A stretch of 64,000 nucleotides of DNA from Saprospiraceae bacterium (GCA_047634015.1 JBLIDB010000001.1:16094-80093), one strand, 5' to 3'. Counted from the stretch's first letter, positions 26,012 to 36,591 are shown. Translations and numbers: made by a program. The notes: generated by a model from the sequence alone, not told the origin.

Positions 26012-28459
26012 ATGAAAGGAATATTTACGCTCTTACTATTTTTATTTATAGTAATCGGCATGCAAGCGCAGTTCGGCGGATTCGGTGGTGGAGGAGGAAC
26101 CAAAATAAAAGGTAAAATCTCTGGAACTCTCATTGATTCTCTTACTTCAGAACCTATTAGTTACGCCTCATTATCGATGAAGAAATCTGGTAAAGAGAAG
26201 ATATTAAATGGAGCCCTCAGTGAGGATAATGGGGAATTTAGTTTTACTGATGTTGCCCCAGGTATTTATGAAATTGAAATATCATTTATAGGATATACAA
26301 CTAAAATATTAACAGAAGTAGAAACCTCAAAAAAGAACCCAGACAATAAAGTTGGAAAGATCTTTATGGTGACTACTGATTACCTACTCGATGAAATCGA
26401 AATAACTGAAAAACGGGCCCTTATAGAAAGTAAAGTCGATAAGATCGTATTTAATGCGGAAGATGATTCATCAATAGCTGGAGGAGATGCGACGGATGTC
26501 TTGCGAAAGGTTCCGTTGCTGTCTGTAGATCTCGAGGGAAATGTTTCTTTGCGGGGATCTCAGAATGTGAGAATTCTTGTGAACGGAAAGCCTTCTGGAA
26601 TGTTCTCAAGTAATGTGGCTGATGCATTAAAAATGTTTCCTGCTGATCAAATTAAAAAGGTTGAAGTAATCACTTCTCCCGGGGCTAAATATGATGGAGA
26701 AGGCGGAGCTGGAATTATAAATATTATTACAAAAAAGGCCAATGTAGAAGGCGTTGCGGGTACCATTAATGCTTCTGCAGGAACAAGACAAAATAATTCG
26801 AATTTGAATTTGAATATAGGTAAAGGCAGGTTTGGGTTTTCTACCAATGCTTCAGTCTATTATTCCAATCCTGTTAATGCTGAGAACTCATTTTCTCGGA
26901 TTGCAGATAGTGGCGAGGAGCTCTACAGTTTTGAAGGGATTACGAAAAGTTCTAGATTGGGTTTCAGCGGATCGGCAAGTGCGTTTTATGATATTAATGC
27001 ATATAATGCCATTAATTCGGGATTGACGCTGCGTGGATATTCATCTGATCGGGATGGACCCAGTGTAGGTAATTTTGGTGATTTTTCATTTGATAGAACT
27101 ACTGTTGGTGGAAGCCTTTTTAGTGGTTACGATTGGACCTTGGATTATACACGAAAGTTTGAAGATAATGATGTCAAGGAATTAACATTTGCAACTCAGG
27201 TTTCGGGCAATACACAGAATCAAGATAATATTGTTCGCGATGTACTCCTTACTGGAGAAGAACTGCGAAATGATATGATCGATAATGATGGAGATAATCT
27301 TGAAGTAACAGGTCAGGTGGATTATGTACATCCTGTAGGAAAATCCAAATTAGAAATGGGAGCAAAGACGGTTATTAGAACAATAAAAAGTACTTCTGAT
27401 TTTGTTCCAGATAACAATCGTTCTAATGTCTTTGACTATGACCAAGATGTCTATTCTGGATATGTTTCTTATAATTTTCTTGTTGGCAAGCTAAATTTTA
27501 TTACAGGTCTAAGATATGAATACACCGGGATCCAAGGGGATGGGGAAGAGGTTTTACAGAGGTTCTCGAATAGCTACAATAGTTGGTTGCCTAATATCGC
27601 TGTAAGTCTTCCATTTAAGAATTTTAGGAATCTGAAATTGGCTTATAGTAAGAGAATTCAGCGGCCAAGCTTGTTTTATATTAATCCATTTAGGAATACT
27701 TCAGATTTTGCCAATATATCGGAAGGTAATCCAGAGTTGAATCCAGAATTGACGAATCAATTAGAAATGTCCTATAATACAAATGTAGCAGGGTTCACAA
27801 TATTCGGTTCGGTATATTATAAACGTACTACTGATCTAATAGAGAGGGTTTCATTCACTGAATCAGTACCGAACCAGAATGAAGAAGTCCAGATTAATAG
27901 CTTTTCTAATGTAGGAACCAACAATTCAATAGGGGTAAATATATTTACTTCTAAGAGTGTTGGGAATCTTACTGTACGTGGAGGTGGCGATGTTTATACT
28001 TATAATGCTACTGGAATTGTCAATGGCCAAGAATTATCGGCAGATGAGTTGAGTTATCGATTATTCCTAAATGGAGATTTTAAAATATCAGGAACATTAA
28101 AAGCGGATTTCTTTGGCTTTTTTCAAGCTCCGCGGTTTACACTTCAAGGACAGAATCCGAGTTTTTCGATTTTTGGATTTGGACTACGTAAGGAATTTGG
28201 AAAGGCGAGCTTAGGAATTAGAATAATTGAACCATTCAGTGCTAATAAAGCCTTCAATTCTGATATCCAAGGAGATGGATTCCGTTCCGTCTCCTCTTTT
28301 GTATTGCCATTCAGATCTTTTGGATTGAACTTTAGTTACAAATTTGGAAAGGTAGATTTCAAATCCCGTAAGAGTAAGATCAAGAATACTGATCAAAAAG
28401 GTGGAGATGGCGGTCAAGGCGGTCAAGGCGGCCAAAGTGGTGGCGGTGGAGTCGGGTAA
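26012..28459 (+). CDS. TonB-dependent-receptor-like outer membrane beta-barrel protein with an N-terminal CarboxypepD_reg domain
   Basis: Signal peptide MKGIFTLLLFLFIVIGMQAQ. CarboxypepD_reg-like GTLIDSLTSEPISYASL...GIYEIEISFIGY, a plug-like region and alternating beta strands. I prefer the ATG at 26012 over 25883 because the 43-aa extension is not signal-like. Confidence 0.75.
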   Translation: MKGIFTLLLFLFIVIGMQAQFGGFGGGGGTKIKGKISGTLIDSLTSEPISYASLSMKKSGKEKILNGALSEDNGEFSFTDVAPGIYEIEISFIGYTTKILTEVETSKKNPDNKVGKIFMVTTDYLLDEIEITEKRALIESKVDKIVFNAEDDSSIAGGDATDVLRKVPLLSVDLEGNVSLRGSQNVRILVNGKPSGMFSSNVADALKMFPADQIKKVEVITSPGAKYDGEGGAGIINIITKKANVEGVAGTINASAGTRQNNSNLNLNIGKGRFGFSTNASVYYSNPVNAENSFSRIADSGEELYSFEGITKSSRLGFSGSASAFYDINAYNAINSGLTLRGYSSDRDGPSVGNFGDFSFDRTTVGGSLFSGYDWTLDYTRKFEDNDVKELTFATQVSGNTQNQDNIVRDVLLTGEELRNDMIDNDGDNLEVTGQVDYVHPVGKSKLEMGAKTVIRTIKSTSDFVPDNNRSNVFDYDQDVYSGYVSYNFLVGKLNFITGLRYEYTGIQGDGEEVLQRFSNSYNSWLPNIAVSLPFKNFRNLKLAYSKRIQRPSLFYINPFRNTSDFANISEGNPELNPELTNQLEMSYNTNVAGFTIFGSVYYKRTTDLIERVSFTESVPNQNEEVQINSFSNVGTNNSIGVNIFTSKSVGNLTVRGGGDVYTYNATGIVNGQELSADELSYRLFLNGDFKISGTLKADFFGFFQAPRFTLQGQNPSFSIFGFGLRKEFGKASLGIRIIEPFSANKAFNSDIQGDGFRSVSSFVLPFRSFGLNFSYKFGKVDFKSRKSKIKNTDQKGGDGGQGGQGGQSGGGGVG
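28409..28435 (+). repeat. In-frame 9-bp x3 tandem repeat (GGCGGTCAA GGCGGTCAA GGCGGCCAA) encoding GGQGGQGGQ
   Basis: Seen directly in the sequence. It lies in the Gly-rich C-terminal tail of the OMP. Confidence 0.9.
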
Positions 28460-28611
28460 TTCCGCCCTTTCTTGCTAAGGACTATTGTTTTGATTTTTCT
28501 TGTACTTGTGGATTTGCGTAGCTTCGGTGTCGATTATACACGCCTTGTGCATTAGCTTGTCTTAATGGATATATTGTTGTTCAATGCGGGTTAAATATAT
28601 AATGAAGTGCT

Positions 28612-29904
28612 ATGAAACTATGGGATAAGGGATACGACATCAATGCGCGTATTCAGGAATTTACGATAGGGAAGGATCGAGAGCTTGATATCCATCTTGC
28701 AAAGTATGATGTGCTAGGATCGAAAGCACATACGAGAATGCTTTCCTCTATAGGATTGATAGAGGAGGAGGAGAATAAGGAATTGCAGCAGGAGATGGAT
28801 AGCATCCTTTTGCTCATTGAATCGGGAGAATTCGAAATAGAAGAAGGAATAGAAGATGTCCACTCGCAGGTCGAACTCATGTTGATTAAAGCTTTGGGGG
28901 ATATCGGCAAGAAAATTCACCTTGGAAGATCTCGTAATGACCAAGTGCTTTTGGATTTGAGATTATTCTTCAGAGATCAACTTGATCTGATGTCTGAAGT
29001 TACAGGACAACTCGCAACGCTTCTTATCCAACACGCGGATAAAGAAAAGGAAGTCCTAATGCCAGGATATACGCATATGCAGATCGGAATGGTCTCATCT
29101 TTTGGGATGTGGTTCGGAGGATTTGCAGAGGCGCTGATCGATGATATGGACTTTATAAAAGCCGTTCGCCGTGTTGTTAACCGTAATCCTCTTGGTACAG
29201 CAGCAGGATATGGAAGTTCTATTCCATTGGATAGAGACATGACAACGGCAGAATTACAATTCCAAGGGCTTTGTATCAATCCTATCAATGCTCAAATCGG
29301 AAGAGGCAAGACAGAGATGCAAGTAGCGGATGCGATCGCAAGTGTTGCCTTGACGATCAATAAGATGGCGATGGACATTTGTCTCTTTACTAATGAGAAC
29401 TATCACTTTATGTCCTTACCTAAGGAGTATACGACTGGATCTTCTATCATGCCTCACAAAAAAAATCCGGATGTATTTGAATTGATTCGGGCAAAGACCA
29501 ATCTACTCATTGCCTTACCGGGTCAGATAGCAAGCATGATTTCTAATTTGAGTTCTGGGTATCACCGAGATTTTCAGTTGCAGAAGGAGATCTTGTTTCC
29601 AGCGATTTTTGAGCTTCAGAATATCCTCAATCTGGTAATCGAGTGCATTCCGAATCTTAAGATTCATGATACGAAGGTCTATGATGAACAATATAAGTAC
29701 CTCTGGAGTGTAGAGGAGGTAAATAAGAATGTACTCAGTGGAATGACATTCCGAGATGCGTATCGCAGAGTAGGCATGGATATCGAAGCAGGGAAGTATG
29801 ATCCTCCACAGAAGATTGAGCATACACACATAGGTAGTATCAATAATCTTGGATTAGATCGGATGAAAGAGCGGCTTTCACAGATTCTTGAAGGAAAGGC
29901 GTGA
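28612..29904 (+). CDS. argH: Argininosuccinate lyase
   Basis: Fumarate-lyase signature GSSIMPHKKNPD. N-terminal MKLWDKGY...YDVLGSKAHTRML is typical of ArgH. Confidence 0.92.
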   Translation: MKLWDKGYDINARIQEFTIGKDRELDIHLAKYDVLGSKAHTRMLSSIGLIEEEENKELQQEMDSILLLIESGEFEIEEGIEDVHSQVELMLIKALGDIGKKIHLGRSRNDQVLLDLRLFFRDQLDLMSEVTGQLATLLIQHADKEKEVLMPGYTHMQIGMVSSFGMWFGGFAEALIDDMDFIKAVRRVVNRNPLGTAAGYGSSIPLDRDMTTAELQFQGLCINPINAQIGRGKTEMQVADAIASVALTINKMAMDICLFTNENYHFMSLPKEYTTGSSIMPHKKNPDVFELIRAKTNLLIALPGQIASMISNLSSGYHRDFQLQKEILFPAIFELQNILNLVIECIPNLKIHDTKVYDEQYKYLWSVEEVNKNVLSGMTFRDAYRRVGMDIEAGKYDPPQKIEHTHIGSINNLGLDRMKERLSQILEGKA

Positions 29905-29976
29905 CAATTCATTTTTCGCCCACGTCTTAAAAGTATAGAATTCAAAAAAGCAATATCTTGTAGTCAAAGCAATATT

Positions 29977-30993
29977 ATGATAGGAACAATGCCATTAGAG
30001 GAAGCTAAAAAGAGCTTGGAAAGAAGAGGGTATCTTGCAGTAGAGACGGATCCAACAATGGATTTTGAAGCCGAGATCAATCGACTCAAGAAGGAAAAGA
30101 ATGCTATCATTCTGGCGCACTACTACGTTGATTCTGATATTCAGGATATTGCAGACTTCATTGGGGATAGCTTACAGTTGGCGCAAGAGGCAGAGAGAAC
30201 GGATGCAGATATTATTGTTTTTGCTGGCGTCCACTTTATGGCAGAGACAGCTAAGATGTTGAATCCTTCTAAGAAGGTGCTTCTGCCAGATTTGAAAGCA
30301 GGTTGTTCATTGGCAGATTCTTGTCCTCCAAATATATTTCGGAAGTTCAAAGAGAAGCACCCAGAGCATGTAGTGGTTAGTTATATAAACTGTACTGCGG
30401 AGCTCAAGACATTAACAGACATATGCTGCACTTCTTCTAATGCTATCCATGTGATCAATAGCGTGCCTGAAGATCAAGGAATCATATTCGCTCCAGATAA
30501 GAATCTCGGTGCTTATCTTCAGAAGAAGTCTGGAAGAGACAATATGATCCTATGGAATGGAGCATGTATGGTACACGAGATATTCTCTGCGGAGAAGATT
30601 GTCAAAGCCATGGTCAGACATCCAGAGGCTGAATTAATCGCACATCCAGAATGCGAAGCACATATATTGGAGAAGGCGCATTTTATAGGATCTACAAGTG
30701 GATTATTGAGATATACTCAAGAGAGTGATGTCCAAGAATTTATAGTTGCAACGGAATCAGGGATCATCCATCAGATGGAATTGAAGTCTCCTGATAAGAA
30801 TTTCATTCCTGCTCCGCCTAACAACACTTGTGCATGTAATGACTGCCCACATATGAAGCGTAATTCTATAGAGAAATTATACCTCTGTATGGAATACGAA
30901 CTTCCTGAAATTATTCTTGAAGATTGGGTTATAGAAAAAGGAGTAGCTTGTATAGATCGTATGATGGAGATTAGTAAGAAGGCAGGATTGTAG
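29977..30993 (+). CDS. nadA: Quinolinate synthase A
   Basis: ILAHYY, GVHFMAETAK and CxxM cluster-ligand contexts (NGACMVH, CACNDCPHM). 338 aa. Confidence 0.92.
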   Translation: MIGTMPLEEAKKSLERRGYLAVETDPTMDFEAEINRLKKEKNAIILAHYYVDSDIQDIADFIGDSLQLAQEAERTDADIIVFAGVHFMAETAKMLNPSKKVLLPDLKAGCSLADSCPPNIFRKFKEKHPEHVVVSYINCTAELKTLTDICCTSSNAIHVINSVPEDQGIIFAPDKNLGAYLQKKSGRDNMILWNGACMVHEIFSAEKIVKAMVRHPEAELIAHPECEAHILEKAHFIGSTSGLLRYTQESDVQEFIVATESGIIHQMELKSPDKNFIPAPPNNTCACNDCPHMKRNSIEKLYLCMEYELPEIILEDWVIEKGVACIDRMMEISKKAGL

Positions 30994-31347
30994 GATGAAA
31001 GCAGACTAAGTTCTGTTGTCTTATAAAATCTTTTTTTGCTTATAAAGAGTCGTGCCGATTCAGTTTACTTTGTCTTTTTAAGCCCGCAGTCAAGTATGCT
31101 TTTCTTGTCAAAAGACGCGATGCAAATATGAAGACTTCTTTTAGAATGTATGCCGTAAAGATGATGGTAATGATCTAGTGATATCCCGAAATTGTGATTC
31201 ATATTCCCTAAATTTCTCTTGGCAGAATGAATTTTTTATTTAGTAGAAAATATAAATTTACAATCTTGCTACCTCAATATTTCTACTTCATGGATATCCT
31301 TCTTTTTTTTTAAAAGAAAATGAAGAAGAGTTAGAATTGCACTTAGC

Positions 31348-32001
31348 TTACGGAGCCAATCGATTAATCTCCCAGGCTTCCCCATGCTTAGTATAAGTTA
31401 ATCTATCATGCATTCTATTTGCTCTTCCTTGCCAGAATTCTAAATAGTGGGGTTTTAAAACATATCCACCCCAATGCGGAGGTTTTGGAAGTACTGTACT
31501 ATCTTTATAAATACCGCCGATCTCTTCAACACGGTCATCAAGTATTGATCGATCAGGGATTACTTCACTCTGAGGAGACGCCCAAGCACCTACTTGACTT
31601 TCTCGAGGACGGGATTGGAAGTAAGCTTTTGATTTTGCGGTATCGAGCTTGGTAATGGCGCCTTCGATTCTAATTTGTCTTTCGAGTCCTTGCCAGAAGA
31701 ATAGGATTGCGGCTTTGGGGTTCAGGTTGAGTTCTTGACCTTTCCGGCTGCGATAATTCGTGTAAAATATAAAACCCTCTAGCTCTATTCCTTTGATCAA
31801 TAATGTTCTTGAGGAAGGCTGCCCATCTTTGTCTACTGTGGCGAGTGTAAATGTATTGGGTTCTGGGACATCAGGATTTCCGATTGCTTCGCCCAACCAT
31901 TTATTAGCCATAGTAATTGGATCAGATAGAAGATCCTCTTTGTTTAGAGTTGAGCTTTCGTAACTCTGTCTTATATCTTCTAAAGGCAAGTCCTCATTCA
32001 T
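31348..32001 (-). CDS. pdxH: Pyridoxamine 5'-phosphate oxidase
   Basis: RTLLIKG, FYTNYRSRKG, QIRIEG and EFWQGRANRMHDR motifs. It has an ATGA overlap with the upstream RND gene. Confidence 0.92.
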   Translation of the reverse strand: MNEDLPLEDIRQSYESSTLNKEDLLSDPITMANKWLGEAIGNPDVPEPNTFTLATVDKDGQPSSRTLLIKGIELEGFIFYTNYRSRKGQELNLNPKAAILFFWQGLERQIRIEGAITKLDTAKSKAYFQSRPRESQVGAWASPQSEVIPDRSILDDRVEEIGGIYKDSTVLPKPPHWGGYVLKPHYLEFWQGRANRMHDRLTYTKHGEAWEINRLAP

Positions 32002-35000
32002 ACTTCTTCTTCTGTTGCGTACTTTTTTAATATTCCTTTTCTCTCAGTAAGGTATTTTATTCTATAGGCAAGATAGTACATAGCAGGTACAACTACCAGT
32101 GTTAAGAAAGTCGCGAATGTCATTCCATAGATAACAGTCCATGCGAGAGGGCCCCACAAAGAGGTTGTGTTTCCACCAATATAAATCTGAGCATCCAATT
32201 CCGTCAACAAACTAAAGAAATTCATGTTGAATCCTGTCGCCAAGGGGACAAGCCCAAGAATGGTTGTAATAGCTGTCAGCAATACTGGTCGCAATCTTGT
32301 TGCTCCACCTTGAATGATACTATCTTTGATTTCACTTTTTTCGAGTAAGAGCATATGCGGAACTCTTTTTTCTTCTCGTTTACGCTGTATGACAAGGTTA
32401 ATATAATCCACAAGCACGATCGCATTATTAACTACTATTCCGGCTAAGGATATAATTCCAACTCCAGTAAAGATGACAACTATAGTTTTACCTGTTATCG
32501 CATATCCGAGAAATACGCCTATCGTACTAAATACAATAGATAGAATTATAATGAACGGAGAGTAGATAGAATTAAACTGAGCAACAAGAATTATAAAAAT
32601 CGAAAAGAGGGCTAACATGAATGCCCCATTTAGGAAGGCCATGTCTTCCGCTTGTTGTTCTTGTTCTCCAGTAAATACATATGTGACTCCTCTCGGCATA
32701 GTGAAGCTTTCCATCGCTTGTTTTAATTCTGTAACGATCTCATTTGTATTATACCCTTGTATTACTTTAGAATAAACAGTAATATTCCTTTCCTGATCTT
32801 TCCTTTTAATAGCGTTATAACTTGTACTGTAATTATAAGAAGCGACAGCACTAATAGGAATTTGAACTATTTTACCCGTGATCTGATTTCTAAATGTTAT
32901 TTCCTGATTCATTAAGGCCGTAACATTATCTCGATATTTTTTTGACAACCTTACCATTATCGGATATTCATCTTCTCCATCTTTGAATTTAGAAACTTCT
33001 TTTCCAAATACAGAGGTTCGAAGCGCCATGGCTATCTGTGCTGTGGAGAGTCCATATCTTCTGGCGGACTCTCTGTCTATTTTAATTTCTAATTCTGGTT
33101 TAGCGAGCCTTACGTCAGCCTTAAGCCCTTCAACGCCGGGAACTTTTTGTGAATTAAGATATTGAATCACATCTTTAGAAAGGGAAGATAATTGATCAAT
33201 ATCTTCGCCTGTCAATTCTAAACTAATTGGTAGGCCTGTTGGGGGGCCATCGCTATTTTGACCAACTACAATGGATACTCCCGGTTGCTCGCGAACTGCA
33301 TCTCTTATTGCTTGCATGGCATCTGCAGTAGAGATTCCATTTCTTTCTTTGTACTGGACGAATGAAGTTGTAATTCTTGCTTTATGAGGAGTAACTCCGG
33401 GCTCTGGAGGTGTTGAAGGATCATTAGTGTCTTTCCCGATTTGTGTAAGTACTTCTTCTACAATTTCACTATAAGGAACAAGAGCTTGCTTTACATCTTC
33501 TTCGATACCCTTAACTACATCATTGGTTGCCTCTATCCCTGAACCCAATGGCAGGTCTACAAATACATTTACATATTGAGGCTGGCCAGAAGGGAAAAAT
33601 TCTACTTTTGGCATATTGGCCATAAGTAACATTAACGATCCAATCAAAAGTGCTATCATACCTCCAAACATTATAATTGGTCCCGGTCCTTTCAATATAA
33701 ATTTCACGAATCGTTTGTAACTACTTTCAAGTGCTGGAAGCCCACGATTTTGAAAGTAAAACGTGCCTGGACGAAATAAAAAGAAGTTAATCGTAGATAG
33801 CCCAGCTATGAGGACAGCAATATTTCTGGCCCAATTAATTTCTATGAAATGAAAAGCAACGGCAAATAGAAGTAAGATGGCAGCACCAATTAGGACATTT
33901 CTTTGCTTACGTCTTCTCAGCTGTCTCGTGTCGGCTCGTTCATCTACCTTCATAAATCGAGATGTCAATACGGGATTAATAACCAGCGCCACAAAAAGAG
34001 ATGATGTCAATACGGCAATGAGTGTTATTGGAAAAAATTTCATAAACTCACCCATAATCCCTGGCCACATCGCTAGTGGAATAAAGGCGGCAAGTGTAGT
34101 AGCAGTCGAGGCGATAATTGGCATAGCGACTTCTCCAGCCCCGTACTTGGCCGCGTCTGACCCGGAGTATCCTTCTTGCATATATCTATAAATGTTTTCA
34201 ACCACAACGATGGCATTGTCCACTAACAGACCAAGTGCTAAGATCAATCCGAAGAAAACGATCATATTCATGGAGTTGCCCGTTATATCCAACCATAGTA
34301 TTCCTAATAACATAGAAAGAGGAATAGCGATTCCAACGAAAAGGGCGTTCCTAAGACCGAGAAAGAATAGTAGTACAAGAACCACAAGAATGACTCCCGA
34401 TATAATACTATTTTCTAATGTTGATACGGATTCCTCTGTATAAACAGAGGTGTCATTGAATAGGGCTATATTCAACTCAGGAGGAAAGTTCACCCTTTGT
34501 TCTTCGATGACAATTCTAATCTTCGCAGCGACGTCGATTACATTTCCACCTTTTCTTTTCACGATATCAAGGGAGATAACTGGCAGACTATTAGATCTGG
34601 CATAGCTTTCTCTATCCTCAAATCCCAATACCACATCAGCAAAGTCTCGGAGGTATATAGGTTTTCGCTTTTCACTTTTTACAACGACATTTTTAATTTC
34701 ATTTGTGTTCTGAAATTCACCAAGAATCCTAATTGAGCGATTAAAATTCTGATTTGTTATTTCTCCAGCGGACATTGACATATTCTCCTGTGCAATGGCT
34801 TGCTCTACATCATTAAAAGATACTTGTAATGCTTGCATTTTGAGAAGATCAATATTGATCTTGACTTCTCTTTCGAGACCTCCTTTTAATTGTATATTAT
34901 TGATCTCCCGAAGTTGCTCAAACTCGTCTTGAAGCGTCTCGGCGTATTCTCGCAATTCTTCCAAAGCATAATTTCCAGATAGGTTAACCGTCATTATTGG

Positions 35001-35453
35001 AAATTCGGAAAGGTTTACTTCCTCTACACTTGGATCTTGATCCAAGTCATTAGGTAATTCAGACTTAGCCTTCTCTACCGCATCCTTGACTTTACGAAGT
35101 GCGAGATCCTTGTCTTCATCTGCTTCGAATTCTACCAGTATTACAGAAAAATCCTGGATAGATGTTGATTTTATATTCTTAATACCAGAAATCGTAGAGA
35201 TCTCTTTCTCCATGGGACGAGCAACCAAGTTTTCAATCTCCGCTGCAGAGTTACCAAAGTAAGGTGTATTAATGTATATCGTCGGAAGACTTGCTTCTGG
35301 ATACGATTCTTTCGACATGCTCGTATAGGAGCGAAATCCAAATATTACGATCATCAGGATGAGGATCATAATACTCGTTCCATTATCTATCGCGAAGTTG
35401 CTTAGACTAAATGTTCTAAGTTTATCTTTAATACTACTCATTAGAGTTGACAT
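31998..35453 (-). CDS. RND (AcrB/HAE-type) efflux transporter permease, unusually long (1151 aa)
   Basis: 12-TM RND layout with two large periplasmic loops. Conserved TM4 LGLLVDNAIVVVEN and TM10 GIVVNNAIVLVD. There is an extra hydrophobic hairpin in the central cytoplasmic loop. Confidence 0.9.
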   Translation of the reverse strand: MSTLMSSIKDKLRTFSLSNFAIDNGTSIMILILMIVIFGFRSYTSMSKESYPEASLPTIYINTPYFGNSAAEIENLVARPMEKEISTISGIKNIKSTSIQDFSVILVEFEADEDKDLALRKVKDAVEKAKSELPNDLDQDPSVEEVNLSEFPIMTVNLSGNYALEELREYAETLQDEFEQLREINNIQLKGGLEREVKINIDLLKMQALQVSFNDVEQAIAQENMSMSAGEITNQNFNRSIRILGEFQNTNEIKNVVVKSEKRKPIYLRDFADVVLGFEDRESYARSNSLPVISLDIVKRKGGNVIDVAAKIRIVIEEQRVNFPPELNIALFNDTSVYTEESVSTLENSIISGVILVVLVLLFFLGLRNALFVGIAIPLSMLLGILWLDITGNSMNMIVFFGLILALGLLVDNAIVVVENIYRYMQEGYSGSDAAKYGAGEVAMPIIASTATTLAAFIPLAMWPGIMGEFMKFFPITLIAVLTSSLFVALVINPVLTSRFMKVDERADTRQLRRRKQRNVLIGAAILLLFAVAFHFIEINWARNIAVLIAGLSTINFFLFRPGTFYFQNRGLPALESSYKRFVKFILKGPGPIIMFGGMIALLIGSLMLLMANMPKVEFFPSGQPQYVNVFVDLPLGSGIEATNDVVKGIEEDVKQALVPYSEIVEEVLTQIGKDTNDPSTPPEPGVTPHKARITTSFVQYKERNGISTADAMQAIRDAVREQPGVSIVVGQNSDGPPTGLPISLELTGEDIDQLSSLSKDVIQYLNSQKVPGVEGLKADVRLAKPELEIKIDRESARRYGLSTAQIAMALRTSVFGKEVSKFKDGEDEYPIMVRLSKKYRDNVTALMNQEITFRNQITGKIVQIPISAVASYNYSTSYNAIKRKDQERNITVYSKVIQGYNTNEIVTELKQAMESFTMPRGVTYVFTGEQEQQAEDMAFLNGAFMLALFSIFIILVAQFNSIYSPFIIILSIVFSTIGVFLGYAITGKTIVVIFTGVGIISLAGIVVNNAIVLVDYINLVIQRKREEKRVPHMLLLEKSEIKDSIIQGGATRLRPVLLTAITTILGLVPLATGFNMNFFSLLTELDAQIYIGGNTTSLWGPLAWTVIYGMTFATFLTLVVVPAMYYLAYRIKYLTERKGILKKYATEEEV

Positions 35454-36591
35454 TTAAATTGATCAATTCTTGATTGCTTAGGTTTCTTGTCCCTTTAGTT
35501 ACAAGTACATCAGAGATAGAAAGCCCTTCTTCTACTATAATATCATTATTTGTAGCCTCTCCTGTTTTGATATACGTCTTAGTCGCTCTCCATTTATTGT
35601 CTTCTTTAGGTTTTGCGATATAGACATATTGGGTACCATCTACTTCTTGCATTATCGATTGGAGTGGAATAGTAATTACTTCAGATGCTGATAATTCCTT
35701 CAACTTGATTTGCGCAAGCAAGTTCGGTTTAAGAAGTGAAGATCTCTTTGAAGGTGTGATTTCTAATTTCAAAGTTCTATTGGAAGGATTTATACTACGA
35801 CCTAAAAGACTTATTTTTCCGGTAGTGCTTAAGTCAATGCTTGGAAAGTCTAAGTCTACTATTGCACCTCTCTTGACAATTCGTAGATATTGCTCTGGAA
35901 GATCAGTTGCGATCTTGATGTTAGATGTGTTAAGGATTTGAATAATTGGCATACCCGGACTTGCTAGTTCCCCTTGCTTCATAAATTCCATATCTACATA
36001 TCCAGATATTGGGGCATATACGCTGGCTTTCGTTTGTTGGAATCGAATCGTCTCCAGTGATTTTTCAAGTTGTTCAACTCTGTTTTTCGCTTGAAGGAAT
36101 TGAATCTCCGAACCTATTTTCTGATTCCATAGACGTTCTTGTCTGACAAAAACATCTTTAGCAAGCGAAAGCGAAGTTTCTACTTCTGCGATTTGCATAT
36201 CCAGAGATTCTAAATCTAAGGTGGCTATTAATTGCTTTTTCTTTACGTAGTCCCCTTCTTTTACCAGGAGGCTTGTGATGCGTCCGGGTACCTCACTGAC
36301 GACATTTGCTATGTCATCACTTATTACTGTCCCTTGTAGCTCTATAAATCGATCAAATACTCCTTTACTCAGATGCATTGTGTCTACTAATTTTGCTTTT
36401 TCCTGTAGCGTAGGATCCAAGACCACCAGTTTTTCAGTAATTACTTTGATTTCTTTTTGCAAAGTGGCCATTTCAAATTTCTTAGAAGAGAGCACCACTT
36501 TAAGGCCTTCAAGATTTTCGGGTATTATTTCCTTTTTACTGCAAGCGGTCAAAAGGGAAAGTGCAATTATTGGGAGTAGAAATTTATACAT
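35434..36591 (-). CDS. RND efflux periplasmic adaptor (membrane fusion protein), lipoprotein
   Basis: Lipobox LLTAC, with lipoyl/beta-barrel/coiled-coil organisation. It overlaps the pump gene by 20 nt. Confidence 0.85.
   Translation of the reverse strand: MYKFLLPIIALSLLTACSKKEIIPENLEGLKVVLSSKKFEMATLQKEIKVITEKLVVLDPTLQEKAKLVDTMHLSKGVFDRFIELQGTVISDDIANVVSEVPGRITSLLVKEGDYVKKKQLIATLDLESLDMQIAEVETSLSLAKDVFVRQERLWNQKIGSEIQFLQAKNRVEQLEKSLETIRFQQTKASVYAPISGYVDMEFMKQGELASPGMPIIQILNTSNIKIATDLPEQYLRIVKRGAIVDLDFPSIDLSTTGKISLLGRSINPSNRTLKLEITPSKRSSLLKPNLLAQIKLKELSASEVITIPLQSIMQEVDGTQYVYIAKPKEDNKWRATKTYIKTGEATNNDIIVEEGLSISDVLVTKGTRNLSNQELINLNVNSNE

Noticed and set aside
28409-28435. Tandem repeat considered as a possible CRISPR or VNTR element.
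   Set aside because: It has only three 9-bp units, is in-frame within a CDS and has no spacers. I kept it as a coding micro-repeat only. No CRISPR-like repeat-spacer structure was seen anywhere in the window.
31227-31313. 28-codon hydrophobic ORF in the 354-bp nadA/pdxH intergenic region. I also considered this region as a possible sRNA locus.
   Set aside because: There is no exact TAnnTTTG box, no convincing terminator (only AT-only stems) and no known RNA motif.
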